A DNA stretch of 64,000 bases from Gammaproteobacteria bacterium (GTDB taxonomy: Bacteria; Pseudomonadota; Gammaproteobacteria; Burkholderiales; SG8-39): positions 3,823-67,822 of the forward strand of contig JBGPPD010000002.1 in the NCBI GenBank assembly GCA_041488375.1, written 5' to 3'. Of this stretch, positions 1 through 9,476 are shown piece after piece; the first letter of the stretch is position 1, and the number at the start of each line of letters is the position of its first letter. Position numbers and translations under genes: made by a program. A model generated the notes under the pieces. It searched no databases, was not told where the DNA came from, and was given only the letters and a program-made list of their open reading frames with translations.

Positions 1-49
1 CGCGCACCAGTACCACGACGTGGTCGATGCCTTGGAGGTGGGGCCGCAT
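1..49 (-). CDS. possible 5' end of a CDS running off the window (MRPHLQGIDHVVVLVR; VOC/glyoxalase-like N-terminus?)
   Basis: ATG at 49-47 on the minus strand, 8 nt downstream of the dsbD stop. Only 16 codons are visible. Confidence 0.25.
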   Translation of the reverse strand, partial: MRPHLQGIDHVVVLVR

Positions 50-57
50 CGACGCGC

Positions 58-1584
58 TCAGTCGGATTCGGCGTGTTGCAGCGTCTTGAGGAAGCGCTCG
101 GCGTTCTGGAAGCCGATCACGCGCAACCCGGGGATCTCCTTGCCCCGCGCGTCGAAGAAGATGATGCCCGGCGGGCCGAACAGCGAGAAGCGCTTGAGCA
201 GGGCTTTGTGTTCCGCGGTATTCGCGGTCACGTCGGCCTGCAGCAGGAGCATGCGCTCGAGCTTCGCCTTGACGCGCGCGTCGCTGAAAGTGAAGGCTTC
301 CATCTCCTTGCAGGAGACGCACCAGTCGGCGTAGAAGTCCAGCATCGCCACCTTGCCCGGCGCAACGAGCTTCGCCTCCAGCGCCGCAATGCTGTCGACA
401 CGCACGAACCTGGTATCCCCTTTGCTGCCAAGGAACAGCGGCGAGACGATCCAGGCCGCCACGGCGATCAGCAGCACGCCGAAGAACTTCTTCACCACGT
501 TCATCCAGCGGCCCGCCCTGGGCAGCAGCGCACCCTCCGAGACGCCGATGACCAGCAGCGGCAGGCCCATGCCGAGCGCCATGGCGAACAGCGCCGAGCC
601 GCCGAGCACAACGTCGCGCGTCTGGCTGATGTACAGCAACGCGCCGGCGAGCGGCGCCGCGACGCAGGGACTGACGATGATCGCCGACAGCACCCCCATG
701 CCCGCCACGGTGGCGAGCTTGCCGCCCTCCAGCCGGTGGTGCACGGAGGACAGCGGGTGGCGCAGGAAACCCGGCAACTGCAGCTCGTAGAGCCCGAACA
801 TGGACAGCGCGAGCAGCACGAACACCAGCGCGAAGCCGGCGAGCACCCAGGCGTTCTGCAGCGACGCCGCGATGAGCGAGCCGGAGTAGGCGGCGGCGAC
901 CCCCGCCGCCGCGTAGGCCACCGACATGCCGAGCACGTAGGAGGAGGAAAGCGCGAAAGCGCGCTTCTTGGTCACGCTGCCGCCCTCGCCGGCGATGATG
1001 CCGGAGAGGATCGGGATCATCGGCAGCACGCACGGCGTGAAGGCGAGCAGCAGGCCGAAACCGAGAAAACTCGCCAGCACCAGCCAGCGGTTGCCCTGGA
1101 ACATCGCCGCGATGTCCAAATCGCTTGCCGAGAACCACGCGCGCCCGGCCGGGACATCGCCGGGGAACGATGCAAGGCGCAGCGTCGCCGCCGACTCCAT
1201 CGGCACGTAGCACACGCCTGCGTCGGCGCAGCCCTGCGAAGTAACGAGCAACCGCAGCGGCTCCGCCCCGGCACTCTCCACCGGCACGCGGATGCGCACC
1301 TCCCTGCGGTAGGTTTCCGTATCGCCGAAAAACTGGTCCTTCTTGCGCTCCCCTGCCGGAAAGCCGGGCGCACCGAGGTGCGCATTGCGCGCCGCGAACT
1401 TGAAGCGATCGCGGTACAGGTAGTAGCCGTCGGCGATGGCGAACTGCACCTCGATCGTCTTGCCGTCGAGGGCGCGCGCGGAGAAACGGAACGCCTGCTC
1501 GGGCTCGAGCAGCTCCTGCGGCGACGCCGCGGGCGCTGGCAATGATGCCAGCGCCAGCCAGAGCAGAAAGAGGAAACGCGTCAT
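58..1584 (-). CDS. dsbD: thiol:disulfide interchange protein DsbD
   Basis: ORF 58..1923 trimmed to the internal ATG at 1584 (MTRFLFLLWLALASLPAPAA signal peptide). Periplasmic alpha domain has a Cys pair (CADAGVC). Membrane core has TPCVLP and SPCVAAP. C-terminal thioredoxin-like domain has CVSC. ATGA overlap with the cutA stop. Confidence 0.9.
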   Translation of the reverse strand: MTRFLFLLWLALASLPAPAASPQELLEPEQAFRFSARALDGKTIEVQFAIADGYYLYRDRFKFAARNAHLGAPGFPAGERKKDQFFGDTETYRREVRIRVPVESAGAEPLRLLVTSQGCADAGVCYVPMESAATLRLASFPGDVPAGRAWFSASDLDIAAMFQGNRWLVLASFLGFGLLLAFTPCVLPMIPILSGIIAGEGGSVTKKRAFALSSSYVLGMSVAYAAAGVAAAYSGSLIAASLQNAWVLAGFALVFVLLALSMFGLYELQLPGFLRHPLSSVHHRLEGGKLATVAGMGVLSAIIVSPCVAAPLAGALLYISQTRDVVLGGSALFAMALGMGLPLLVIGVSEGALLPRAGRWMNVVKKFFGVLLIAVAAWIVSPLFLGSKGDTRFVRVDSIAALEAKLVAPGKVAMLDFYADWCVSCKEMEAFTFSDARVKAKLERMLLLQADVTANTAEHKALLKRFSLFGPPGIIFFDARGKEIPGLRVIGFQNAERFLKTLQHAESD

Positions 1585-1904
1585 CGGGGAGGGCTGGTCT
1601 CGGCCACCACCCATTCCAGGTAGGCCGGCAGGCCGCGCTCGATTGGGACCGCCACGATCTCGGGAAGTTCGTAGGGGTGGGCGCGACGGATTTCCACCTC
1701 GAGCGCCGCGTAACGCTCGCGTGTCGTCTTGATCAGCACCGGGTGCTCTTCGCCCTGCTGCAGCTCCCCCTGCCAGCGGTACACCGAGCGGCAAGGCGCC
1801 AGGATGTTGACGCAGGCCGCCATGCGTTTGCCGACCAGCGACTCGGCCAGCCTCTCGGCGGCAGCGCGGTCGGGCAGGTTGGTCAATACCAGCAGCGCAC
1901 TCAT
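1581..1904 (-). CDS. cutA: divalent-cation tolerance protein CutA
   Basis: 107 aa of typical CutA length and sequence (ACVNILAP...YRWQGE...E..LIKT). Lies upstream of dsbD as in the E. coli cutA-dsbD arrangement. Confidence 0.9.
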   Translation of the reverse strand: MSALLVLTNLPDRAAAERLAESLVGKRMAACVNILAPCRSVYRWQGELQQGEEHPVLIKTTRERYAALEVEIRRAHPYELPEIVAVPIERGLPAYLEWVVAETSPPR

Positions 1905-2740
1905 GCACCCCCCGCGGGCGCAAGCAATCCGTCGTGCACGGTCGGAAACTGCAGCCGCACCCCGAGGTTCTCCTTGATGCGGCGGTTGGCGAGCCGGCGC
2001 GACTCGCTCATGAAGGAAAGCAGTTCCGGCGCGATGCGCCCCGACGCCTCCGCGCGCGCAATGCGCGGCGGGCGCGGCAGCCCGGCGCGCTCGGCCACCA
2101 GGTCGAACCAGTCGCCCATCCGGATCTCGCTGTCGTCGCTCGCGTTGTAGGTGCCGGCGGGCGAACGTTCCTCCAGGGCGCGCACCACGATCGCGGCCAG
2201 GTCATCGGCGTGGACATGGTTGGTGTAGACGTCGTCCTCCGCCCGCAGCACCGGGGTGCCTGCGCGCAACCGCTCGAGCGGCAGGCGGTCGGCGGCGTAG
2301 ATGCCCGGGACCCGCAGGATCACCAGCGCCACGCCGCGCTCGCTGCACCATACTGCAAGCTGGCGCTCGGCATCCACGCGACGGCGAGCGCGCTCGGTTT
2401 GCGGGCGTACCGCGCGCGACTCGTCCACGCGCGCCCCGCCGCAATCGCCGTACACGCCGCTCGTGCTGACGTAGACCACGCGCGCCGGTAGAATCCGGCC
2501 CTTCGCCAACGACGCGAGCAGATGCCCGGTGCGCGTGTCCACCGGCCCGGCAGCCGGCGGCGGCGCGCAATGCAGCACGGCGTCAGCTCCCGGCAGGTCG
2601 GCGAGGGTCTCGGGCCGGTCGAGATCCCGGCCGTGGCGTCGCGACAGCGGCTGCACCTCGTAGCGGGCCTCGAGCCGCGGCAAGGCGCGGCGCGCGATGT
2701 CGCCGAAACCCGCGATCAGCAGTTTCTTCATCGATGGCAT
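1901..2740 (-). CDS. NAD(P)-dependent epimerase/dehydratase-family (SDR) protein
   Basis: Tail of ORF 1901..3703 starting at MPSMKKLLIAGFGDIA (Rossmann-type N-terminus). Alternative ATG at 2731. The stop overlaps the cutA start by 4 nt. Confidence 0.7.
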   Translation of the reverse strand: MPSMKKLLIAGFGDIARRALPRLEARYEVQPLSRRHGRDLDRPETLADLPGADAVLHCAPPPAAGPVDTRTGHLLASLAKGRILPARVVYVSTSGVYGDCGGARVDESRAVRPQTERARRRVDAERQLAVWCSERGVALVILRVPGIYAADRLPLERLRAGTPVLRAEDDVYTNHVHADDLAAIVVRALEERSPAGTYNASDDSEIRMGDWFDLVAERAGLPRPPRIARAEASGRIAPELLSFMSESRRLANRRIKENLGVRLQFPTVHDGLLAPAGGA

Positions 2741-2749
2741 TTTAGCGAC

Positions 2750-3787
2750 ATGCACAGCGTCACGATCCAGCCGAGCGGTCAGCAATTCCAGGTCGAGGAA
2801 GACGAAGCCGTGCTGGCAGCCGCCCTGCGCCAGGGCTTCGTGCTGCCCTACGGGTGCAAGAACGGCGCTTGCGGCAGCTGCAAGGGAAAGATCCTGGCGG
2901 GCAGGGTGGACTATGGGGTCTACCAGCCGAAGGCCTTGCCGGAGGACGACAAGGCACGGGGCAAGGCGCTGTTTTGCCAGGCCAAGCCGCTCACCGACCT
3001 GGTGATCGAGGCGCGCACCATCGGCGCGGCCAAGGACATCCTGATCAAGACGCTGCCGTGCCGCGTGCAGACGCTGCAGCGCGTCACGGAGGACGTCATG
3101 CTGCTCGGCCTCAAGCTCCCGGCCAACGAGCGGCTGCAGTTCCTCGCCGGCCAGTACCTGGAGTTCCTGCTCAAGGACGGCTCGCGCCGCAGCTTCTCCA
3201 TGGCCAATGCGCCGCACGATGACGAACTCCTCCAATTGCACATGCGCCATGTGCAAGGCGGGAATTTCACCGACCACGTGTTCGGCAAGATGAAGGAGCG
3301 CGACATCCTGCGCTTCGAAGGACCGCAGGGCACGTTCTTCCTGCGCGAGGATTCGGCCAAGCCCATCGTGTTCGTCGCTTCGGGCACCGGCTTCGCGCCG
3401 ATCAAGGCGATCATCGAGCACGCGCTGAAGAAGGAAATCGCGCGCCCGATGACGCTGTATTGGGGCGGGCGGCGGCCGCGGGACCTGTACTTGCACGCGC
3501 TCGCGCAGGGCTGGGCGGCCGGCGGCAAGCTGGACTACGTGCCGGTGATTTCCGACGCGTTGCCGGAGGACCACTGGAGCGGCCGCACGGGGTTCGTGCA
3601 TCGCGCGGTGATGCAGGACTTTCCGGACCTCTCCGGGCACCAGGTGTACGCTTGCGGTGTGCCGATCATGGTGGATTCGGCGCGCCGCGATTTCACCGCG
3701 CAATGCGGCTTGCCGGAAGACGAGTTCTACGCCGACAGTTTCACCACGCAGGCCGACATCGCTCAGCCGGCGCCTTCCCCCAGGTAG
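2750..3787 (+). CDS. 2Fe-2S ferredoxin / FAD / NAD(P)H oxidoreductase (Fre/AscD-like, 'CDP-6-deoxy-delta-3,4-glucoseen reductase' family)
   Basis: Internal ATG at 2750 of ORF 2522..3787. Plant-type 2Fe-2S motif CKNGACGSCKGK...C, FAD-binding RSFSMAN, NAD-binding GTGFAP. Confidence 0.8.
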   Translation: MHSVTIQPSGQQFQVEEDEAVLAAALRQGFVLPYGCKNGACGSCKGKILAGRVDYGVYQPKALPEDDKARGKALFCQAKPLTDLVIEARTIGAAKDILIKTLPCRVQTLQRVTEDVMLLGLKLPANERLQFLAGQYLEFLLKDGSRRSFSMANAPHDDELLQLHMRHVQGGNFTDHVFGKMKERDILRFEGPQGTFFLREDSAKPIVFVASGTGFAPIKAIIEHALKKEIARPMTLYWGGRRPRDLYLHALAQGWAAGGKLDYVPVISDALPEDHWSGRTGFVHRAVMQDFPDLSGHQVYACGVPIMVDSARRDFTAQCGLPEDEFYADSFTTQADIAQPAPSPR

Positions 3788-4473
3788 GCTTCGCGCACCT
3801 TGGCGTCGGCGAGCAACAGCTTCGCCTCGCCGGCGAGCGTGATGTTGCCCGATTCCATGACGTAGCCGCGATGCGCGAGCTCGAGCGCGAGCCGCGCGTT
3901 CTGCTCCACCAGCAGGAGGGTCACACCGCGCGCCGACACCTCGCGCACGATGTCGAAGATCTTCGCCACCATCAGCGGCGCCAGGCCCATCGAAGGCTCG
4001 TCCAGCAGCAGCAGCTTCGGCCGGCTCATCAGCGCGCGGCCGATGGCGAGCATCTGCTGCTCGCCGCCGGAGAGCGTGCCGGCGGACTGCTTGCGGCGCT
4101 CCCGCAAGCGGGGGAACGACTCGTATTGCCGCCCGAGATCCTCGCGAATGTCGGCGTCCCCGCGCGCATAGGCGCCCATGACCAGGTTTTCTTCCACGGT
4201 CAGCTGCGCGAATACGCCGCGTCCCTCCGGCACCATCACCAGGCCGCGGCGCGGCAGCTCGAACACCGGCAGCCCCTCCAGCGCTTGCCCCGCGTAGGCG
4301 ACAGTGCCGCCGCGGGCGTGCAAGCCGCAGATCGCCTTCAATGCGGAGGTTTTCCCGGCGCCATTCGCCCCGATCAGGCAGACCAGCTCGCCTTCGCGCA
4401 CCGCGAGGTCGATGCCCTTCACCGCACGGATGCCGCCGTAGTGCACCTCCAGCCCCTTCGCCTCAAGCAGCAT
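3763..4473 (-). CDS. livF: branched-chain amino acid ABC transporter ATP-binding protein
   Basis: Walker A GANGAGKT, ABC signature LSGGEQQ, Walker B LLLLDEP. Last gene of the liv-type operon. Confidence 0.9.
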   Translation of the reverse strand: MLLEAKGLEVHYGGIRAVKGIDLAVREGELVCLIGANGAGKTSALKAICGLHARGGTVAYAGQALEGLPVFELPRRGLVMVPEGRGVFAQLTVEENLVMGAYARGDADIREDLGRQYESFPRLRERRKQSAGTLSGGEQQMLAIGRALMSRPKLLLLDEPSMGLAPLMVAKIFDIVREVSARGVTLLLVEQNARLALELAHRGYVMESGNITLAGEAKLLLADAKVREAYLGEGAG

Positions 4474-5233
4474 GCGGCGTGCCGAGATAGGCTTCGATCA
4501 CTTTCGGGTCGCGCTGCACTTGTGCCGGTGTTCCCTCGGCGATGCGCTCGCCGTAGTCGAGCACCAGCACGCGGTCGCAGACGTTCATCACCAGCCGTAC
4601 GTCGTGCTCGATGAGCAGCAGGGTCACGCCGTCGTGCCGAATGGCGTCGAGGAGCTTGCGCAACGCCAGCGTTTCCGACGGGTTCATGCCGGCGGCCGGC
4701 TCGTCCAGCGCCAGGAGCTTGGGTTCGGTGGCGAGCGCTCGCGCGATCTCGAGGCGCCGCTGGTCGCCGTAGGGCAGGCTCCCCGCCTGGTCGTTGGCGC
4801 GCCTGCGGATGCCGACGTAATCGAGTAGCTCGAGCGCGCGCTGCTGGATCGCCGACTCCTCGGCCAGCGTGGCGCGGTTCCTGAGCAGGGCCCCGACCAC
4901 CCCTGCGCGCGTGCGCACATGGCGGCCGATCATCACGTTTTCCAGCACCGAGAGATTGGCGAACAAGCGGATGTTCTGGAAAGTGCGCGCGATGCCGCGC
5001 GCCGCCACCTCGTGCGGCGCGAGGCCGTCGAGCGGCGCACCGTCGAACGCGAAACTGCCCTGGTCCGGCGCGTAGATGCCGCTCAGCACATTGAACAGCG
5101 TGGTCTTGCCCGCGCCGTTGGGCCCGATCAGGCCGTAGATTTCGCCGCGCTGGATGGAGAATGAGACGTTGATCAGCGCCTGCACGCCGCCAAAGCGCTT
5201 GCCGATGCCCCTCGCTTCAAGCAGCGCGGTCAA
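4463..5233 (-). CDS. livG: branched-chain amino acid ABC transporter ATP-binding protein
   Basis: Walker A GPNGAGKT, signature motif variant, C-terminal LivG-type extension (DPKVIEAYLG). Confidence 0.9.
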   Translation of the reverse strand: MTALLEARGIGKRFGGVQALINVSFSIQRGEIYGLIGPNGAGKTTLFNVLSGIYAPDQGSFAFDGAPLDGLAPHEVAARGIARTFQNIRLFANLSVLENVMIGRHVRTRAGVVGALLRNRATLAEESAIQQRALELLDYVGIRRRANDQAGSLPYGDQRRLEIARALATEPKLLALDEPAAGMNPSETLALRKLLDAIRHDGVTLLLIEHDVRLVMNVCDRVLVLDYGERIAEGTPAQVQRDPKVIEAYLGTPHAA

Positions 5234-6296
5234 CGGACAACTCCCGCTTGCGCACCGCGGAGGGCAGCAGGCCCGCCGGGCGGTAGAGCATGATCAGCAC
5301 CAACGCCAGGCCGAAGATCAGCATGCGGATCACCTCCGGCTCGATGAGCATGCGCCCGAACAGCGCCTCCTGCAGCGGCTGCACGGTCCAGCGCAGGATC
5401 TCCGGCACGAAGGACAGCAGCAGCGCCCCGAGCACCACGCCCCAGATGTTGCCCATGCCGCCCAGCACCACCATCGCCACCACCATGATCGACTCGACCA
5501 GCACGAAGCTCTCCGGCGAAATGAAGGCCTGGATCGCCGAGAACATGCCGCCGGCCACGCCGGCGAAGCTGGCGCCCATCGCAAAAGCCAGCAGCTTCAT
5601 GCGCGTGGTGTTGATGCCCATGGCACGCGCGGCGGTCTCGTCCTCGCGCACGGCTTCCCAGGCGCGGCCGATCCTGGAGTTCTGCAGCCGCACGTTGACC
5701 AGCAGGATGGCGATCATCACCAGGAGCAGCAGGTAGTAGTACTTGATCGGGCCGCTGAAGGCGATGCCGAGCAGGGTCTCCGGCTTGGAGAAGTCGAAGC
5801 TGCCGAAGCGGAACGGATCGATGCCCGCGATGCCCTGCGGACCGCTGGTGATGTTCACCGGGCGCGACAGGTTGTTGAGGAAGATGCGCACGATTTCGCC
5901 GAAGCCGAGCGTGACGATGGCGAGGTAGTCGCCGCGCAGCTTGAGCGTGGGCGCCCCGAGCAGCACGCCGAAGATTGCCGCCACCAGCGCGCCGATCGGC
6001 AGGATCACCCAGAACGGCAGGTGCAGTCCGAACTGCGGACTGGCAAGCAGCGCGTAGGTGTAGGCGCCGACCGCGTAGAACGCGATGTAGCCCAGATCCA
6101 GCAGGCCCGCGAAACCGACCACGATGTTCAGACCGAGCGCCAGCAGCACGTAGAGGATGGCGTAGTTGGTGATGCGCACCCAGCTGGTGCCGATCTGCGC
6201 CAACGCGAACGGCAGAACCAGCAGTGCCAGCGCAACCAGCGCCGTGCCGGCCCAAAGCAGCTTCGGATTGGCGCGCACGTCGAACAGGACCTTCAT
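5217..6296 (-). CDS. livM: branched-chain amino acid ABC transporter permease
   Basis: ORF 5217..7061 trimmed to the ATG at 6296 (MKVLFDVRANPKLL...), which forms an ATGA overlap with the livH stop. Polytopic membrane protein. Confidence 0.85.
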   Translation of the reverse strand: MKVLFDVRANPKLLWAGTALVALALLVLPFALAQIGTSWVRITNYAILYVLLALGLNIVVGFAGLLDLGYIAFYAVGAYTYALLASPQFGLHLPFWVILPIGALVAAIFGVLLGAPTLKLRGDYLAIVTLGFGEIVRIFLNNLSRPVNITSGPQGIAGIDPFRFGSFDFSKPETLLGIAFSGPIKYYYLLLLVMIAILLVNVRLQNSRIGRAWEAVREDETAARAMGINTTRMKLLAFAMGASFAGVAGGMFSAIQAFISPESFVLVESIMVVAMVVLGGMGNIWGVVLGALLLSFVPEILRWTVQPLQEALFGRMLIEPEVIRMLIFGLALVLIMLYRPAGLLPSAVRKRELSVDRAA

Positions 6297-7279
6297 GCCC
6301 GGTCGCCGACCCGTTCGCCGAGCAGCCCGGAGGGCCGGAACACCAGCACCAGGATCAGCACCACGAAGGCGAAGACGTCCTGGTAGTTTGAGCCGAACAG
6401 GATGAAATGCCCGCTGCCCGCGCAGCGCTCGCCCAGCAGGGACGCGAGCCAGCCATACCGGCAAAGATCCGTCAGGTCGCCGATATAGCCCGCGCCGAGC
6501 GCCTCCACCACGCCGAGCACCACGCCGCCCAGCATCGCCCCGGGGATGTTGCCGATGCCGCCCAGCACCGCGGCGGAGAACGCCTTCAGGCCGAGCACCG
6601 AACCCATCGTGTATTGCGCGACGCCGTAATAGGTGCCGACCATCACGCCCGCCACCGCGCCGAGAGCGGCGCCGATGACGAAGGTGGCGGCGATGACCCG
6701 GTTGACGTCCACGCCCATCAGTCCCGCGACCTGCGGATTCTGCGCGGTCGCGCGCATCGCAGCGCCCAGGCGCGTGCGGTACACGAGGAAGGCAAGGCCC
6801 GCCATGATCAGCAGGCACAGGGCCAGGATGGCGATCTGCACGTTGGTGATGGCGGCGCCGGCCAAGGTGTAGGTCTGGATGCGAATGATCTGCGGGAAGG
6901 CGATGACGTTGCGCGTCCACACCAGCATCGCCAGGTGCTGCAGGATGATGGACACGCCGATGGCGGTGATCAGCGGCGCGAGACGCGACGCGCGACGCAG
7001 CGGCCGGTAGGCGAGCCGCTCCATGGCGTAGCCCACGGCCATGCACACCGGCACCGCGCAAGCGACGCCCAGCGCCAGCACCACCAGCGGCGGCATCCCC
7101 GCGCCAGCGAAGCTGGTGATCACCGAAAATGCCACCATCGCGCCGATCATTACGACTTCGCCGTGCGCGAAATTGATCAGCTGGATGATGCCGTAGACCA
7201 TCGTGTAGCCGAGGGCCACCACCGCGTACACGCTGCCCAGCGTCAGGCCGTTGATGACCTGCTGCAGGAAAATGTCCAC
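6293..7279 (-). CDS. livH: branched-chain amino acid ABC transporter permease
   Basis: 328 aa hydrophobic LivH-type permease (MDIFLQQVINGLTLGSVYAVVALGYTMVYG). Confidence 0.9.
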   Translation of the reverse strand: MDIFLQQVINGLTLGSVYAVVALGYTMVYGIIQLINFAHGEVVMIGAMVAFSVITSFAGAGMPPLVVLALGVACAVPVCMAVGYAMERLAYRPLRRASRLAPLITAIGVSIILQHLAMLVWTRNVIAFPQIIRIQTYTLAGAAITNVQIAILALCLLIMAGLAFLVYRTRLGAAMRATAQNPQVAGLMGVDVNRVIAATFVIGAALGAVAGVMVGTYYGVAQYTMGSVLGLKAFSAAVLGGIGNIPGAMLGGVVLGVVEALGAGYIGDLTDLCRYGWLASLLGERCAGSGHFILFGSNYQDVFAFVVLILVLVFRPSGLLGERVGDRA

Positions 7280-7296
7280 GCGGAAGAGCCTAGCAG

Positions 7297-7323
7297 AAAT
7301 GAAAACGGCACCCGCGGGTGCCG
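7297..7323 (-). terminator. rho-independent terminator/attenuator between the binding-protein gene and livH
   Basis: Minus strand reads ACGGCACCCGCGGGTGCCGT followed by TTTCATTT. GC-rich 8-9 bp stem, about 25 nt downstream of the livJ-like stop. Confidence 0.6.
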
Positions 7324-7348
7324 TTTGCCGCCGCCGTTGCCGGGGCGT

Positions 7349-8512
7349 CTACTTGCCGAATTCGGCGAACGGGATGGTCTTGCCGGCCTTGATCACCGCC
7401 AGCGGCACGATCTTGCCGCCCTGCATGGTGAAGATCGTCATCTCGGCGTCCTTGCGGTCGCCTTTCGCGTCGAAGGAGATCTCGCCGGTGGCGCCCTTGT
7501 AGGTGATCTTGGCGAGTTCCGGCAGGTACTTCGCCGGGTCCGCCGAGTCCGCCTTCTTCATGGCCGCGATCAGCAGGTTCGCCGCATCGTAGGTGAAGGG
7601 GGCGTACAGGATCGGGTCGGAGTTGAACTTCTTCTTGTAGGCGTCGAGGAAGCCCTTGTCCGCGGCGGCCACCGGGATCCCCGCCTGGGAGCACAGCAGG
7701 CCTTCCGCCGCGGGACCCGCCAGCTTGTTCATTTCCTCGGTGCAGGCGCCGTCGCCGAAGACGAACACCGCGCCGATGCCGAGCTCGCGCCCTTGCTTGA
7801 TCAGCGGACCGCCGGTCGCGTCCATGCCGCCGTAGAAGATCGCGTCCGGATTGCGGCCCTTCAGCTTGGTGAGCACCGCCTTCCAGTCCGTGGTCTTGTC
7901 GGTGCCCTTCTCGCGCGGCAGCACCTCGACGCCGCCGGCCTTCAGCGTCTTCTCCACTTCGTTGGCGATGCCCTCGCCGTAAGCCGTGGCGTCGTCGATC
8001 ACCGCCACCGTCTTCGGCTTGCGGTTGCTCGCGAGGTAGCTGGCAATCGCCGGGCCCTGCTGGTCGTCGCGGCCGACGACGCGGAACACCACCTTGAATC
8101 CCTGCTCGGTCAGCTTCGGGTTGGTGGCCGAACCGGTAATCATCGGAATGCCGGCCTGGTTGTAGATCGCGGAGGCCGGAATAGTCACGCCGGAATTGAG
8201 GTGGCCCACCACGCCGGCCACTTTCGCGTCGGCCAGCTTCTGCGCCACCGTGGTGCCGACCTTGGGGTCCGCCTGGTCGTCCTCGGCGACCAGCACGAAC
8301 TTCACCTCCTTGCCGCCGAGCTTGATCTTGGCCTCGTTGGCCTGCTCGACGGCGAGGCGCGCGCCGTTCTCGTTGTCCTTGCCCAGGTGCGCAATGCCGC
8401 CGGTGATCGGGCCGACGTGGCCGATCTTGATGTCGGAGGATGGCTGCTGTCCGCAACCGGCCAGGGCGGCCGCGACGGCGATGCTGGCGAGGGCAAGTCT
8501 GGTTTGGCGCAT
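7349..8512 (-). CDS. branched-chain amino acid ABC transporter substrate-binding lipoprotein (LivJ/LivK family)
   Basis: ORF 7349..8551 trimmed to the ATG at 8512 (MRQTRLALASIAVAAALAGC, with lipobox LAGC). Type I periplasmic binding fold sequence. Confidence 0.85.
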   Translation of the reverse strand: MRQTRLALASIAVAAALAGCGQQPSSDIKIGHVGPITGGIAHLGKDNENGARLAVEQANEAKIKLGGKEVKFVLVAEDDQADPKVGTTVAQKLADAKVAGVVGHLNSGVTIPASAIYNQAGIPMITGSATNPKLTEQGFKVVFRVVGRDDQQGPAIASYLASNRKPKTVAVIDDATAYGEGIANEVEKTLKAGGVEVLPREKGTDKTTDWKAVLTKLKGRNPDAIFYGGMDATGGPLIKQGRELGIGAVFVFGDGACTEEMNKLAGPAAEGLLCSQAGIPVAAADKGFLDAYKKKFNSDPILYAPFTYDAANLLIAAMKKADSADPAKYLPELAKITYKGATGEISFDAKGDRKDAEMTIFTMQGGKIVPLAVIKAGKTIPFAEFGK

Positions 8513-8529
8513 GGGGGCTCCGTTCCGCA

Positions 8530-8841
8530 TCACTTGATCGACAGGACCCACTTCACCAGCGCGTGCAGGTCGGCGTCTGGCACGGCGCTATTCGGCGGCA
8601 TCGGTATCTGGCCCCAGACGCCCACACCGCCGCTCTTCACCTTTGCCACCAGCTTGGCCTCGATGCCCTTCTGACCGGCGTACTTCTTCGCAACATCGGC
8701 GTATGCCGGGCCCACGGTCTTCGCGCCCTTGACGACGTGGCAGGCCAGGCATCCATGCTTCTGGGCGAGCGCCTCATTCGCCTCGGCCGGCAGAGCGGCG
8801 GCAAGCGCCAGGATGGCGGCGGATACGACAAACGGCTTCAT
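8530..8841 (-). CDS. class I c-type cytochrome (c-551/c-552 family)
   Basis: 103 aa with a signal peptide, haem motif CLACH and a distal Met region (IPMPPN). Confidence 0.85.
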   Translation of the reverse strand: MKPFVVSAAILALAAALPAEANEALAQKHGCLACHVVKGAKTVGPAYADVAKKYAGQKGIEAKLVAKVKSGGVGVWGQIPMPPNSAVPDADLHALVKWVLSIK

Positions 8842-8933
8842 CGGTTTCCCTTCGAATTGAGGGCGAAATGCTACCCGAACGCGGCTTCAATGCAAGCCTT
8901 GTGCAGCGTGGCGTATGCGGGTAAGCCACCCCG

Positions 8934-9476
8934 ATGGGCGACCGCGGCGCCGAAGAAGTGCTGCACTTCTGGTTCGACGAGCACGCCAGGGACTGGTTCG
9001 TGAAGAACCCGTCCTTCGACGAGGGGGTCCGCACGCGCTTTGCCAGCCTGCACGCGGATGCGGCGGCGGGCCTGCTGGCGCACTGGGCGGACGAGGCCCG
9101 CAGCTGCCTTGCACTGGTCATCGTGCTGGACCAGTTTCCACGCAACATGTACCGGGGAGAAGCGCGCGCGTTTGCCACGGACGCCCTTGCGCGCGCAGCG
9201 GCGCGGGTCATCCTCGCGCAAGGCTGGAACAGGCAGATGGCGCCATCGGAACAGCTGTTCGCCTATCTTCCGTTCGAGCACAGCGAGTCGCTGGAAGACC
9301 AGAAGCTTGCTTGCGATCTGATGAAGGACTTCGACACGGACCAACTGCGCTACGCGATCCGGCACCGCGAGATCATCGAGCGTTTCGGCCGCTTCCCGCA
9401 CCGCAACGGCATTCTCGGCCGCGAAAGTACCGCGGCCGAGATCGAGTTCCTGAAACTGCCCGGGTCAGGGTTCTGA
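8934..9476 (+). CDS. DUF924 family protein
   Basis: 180 aa with FWF...WF...LDQFPRN...[15 protein letters not shown], typical of DUF924. Confidence 0.8.
   Translation: MGDRGAEEVLHFWFDEHARDWFVKNPSFDEGVRTRFASLHADAAAGLLAHWADEARSCLALVIVLDQFPRNMYRGEARAFATDALARAAARVILAQGWNRQMAPSEQLFAYLPFEHSESLEDQKLACDLMKDFDTDQLRYAIRHREIIERFGRFPHRNGILGRESTAAEIEFLKLPGSGF

Noticed and set aside
73-1545. Long alternative-frame or antisense ORFs. Examples: 73..1545(+), 5154..6386(+), 6407..8674(+), 13843..15921(+), 12827..14659(-), 25306..26403(-), 26720..28327(+), 31325..33241(+), 42268..43896(+), 53433..55226(+), 61922..63970(-)
   Set aside because: Each lies opposite to, or out of frame with, a gene that has clear family signatures. 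Their translations are Arg/Ala/Gly/Pro-rich low-complexity strings typical of stop-codon-poor high-GC DNA.
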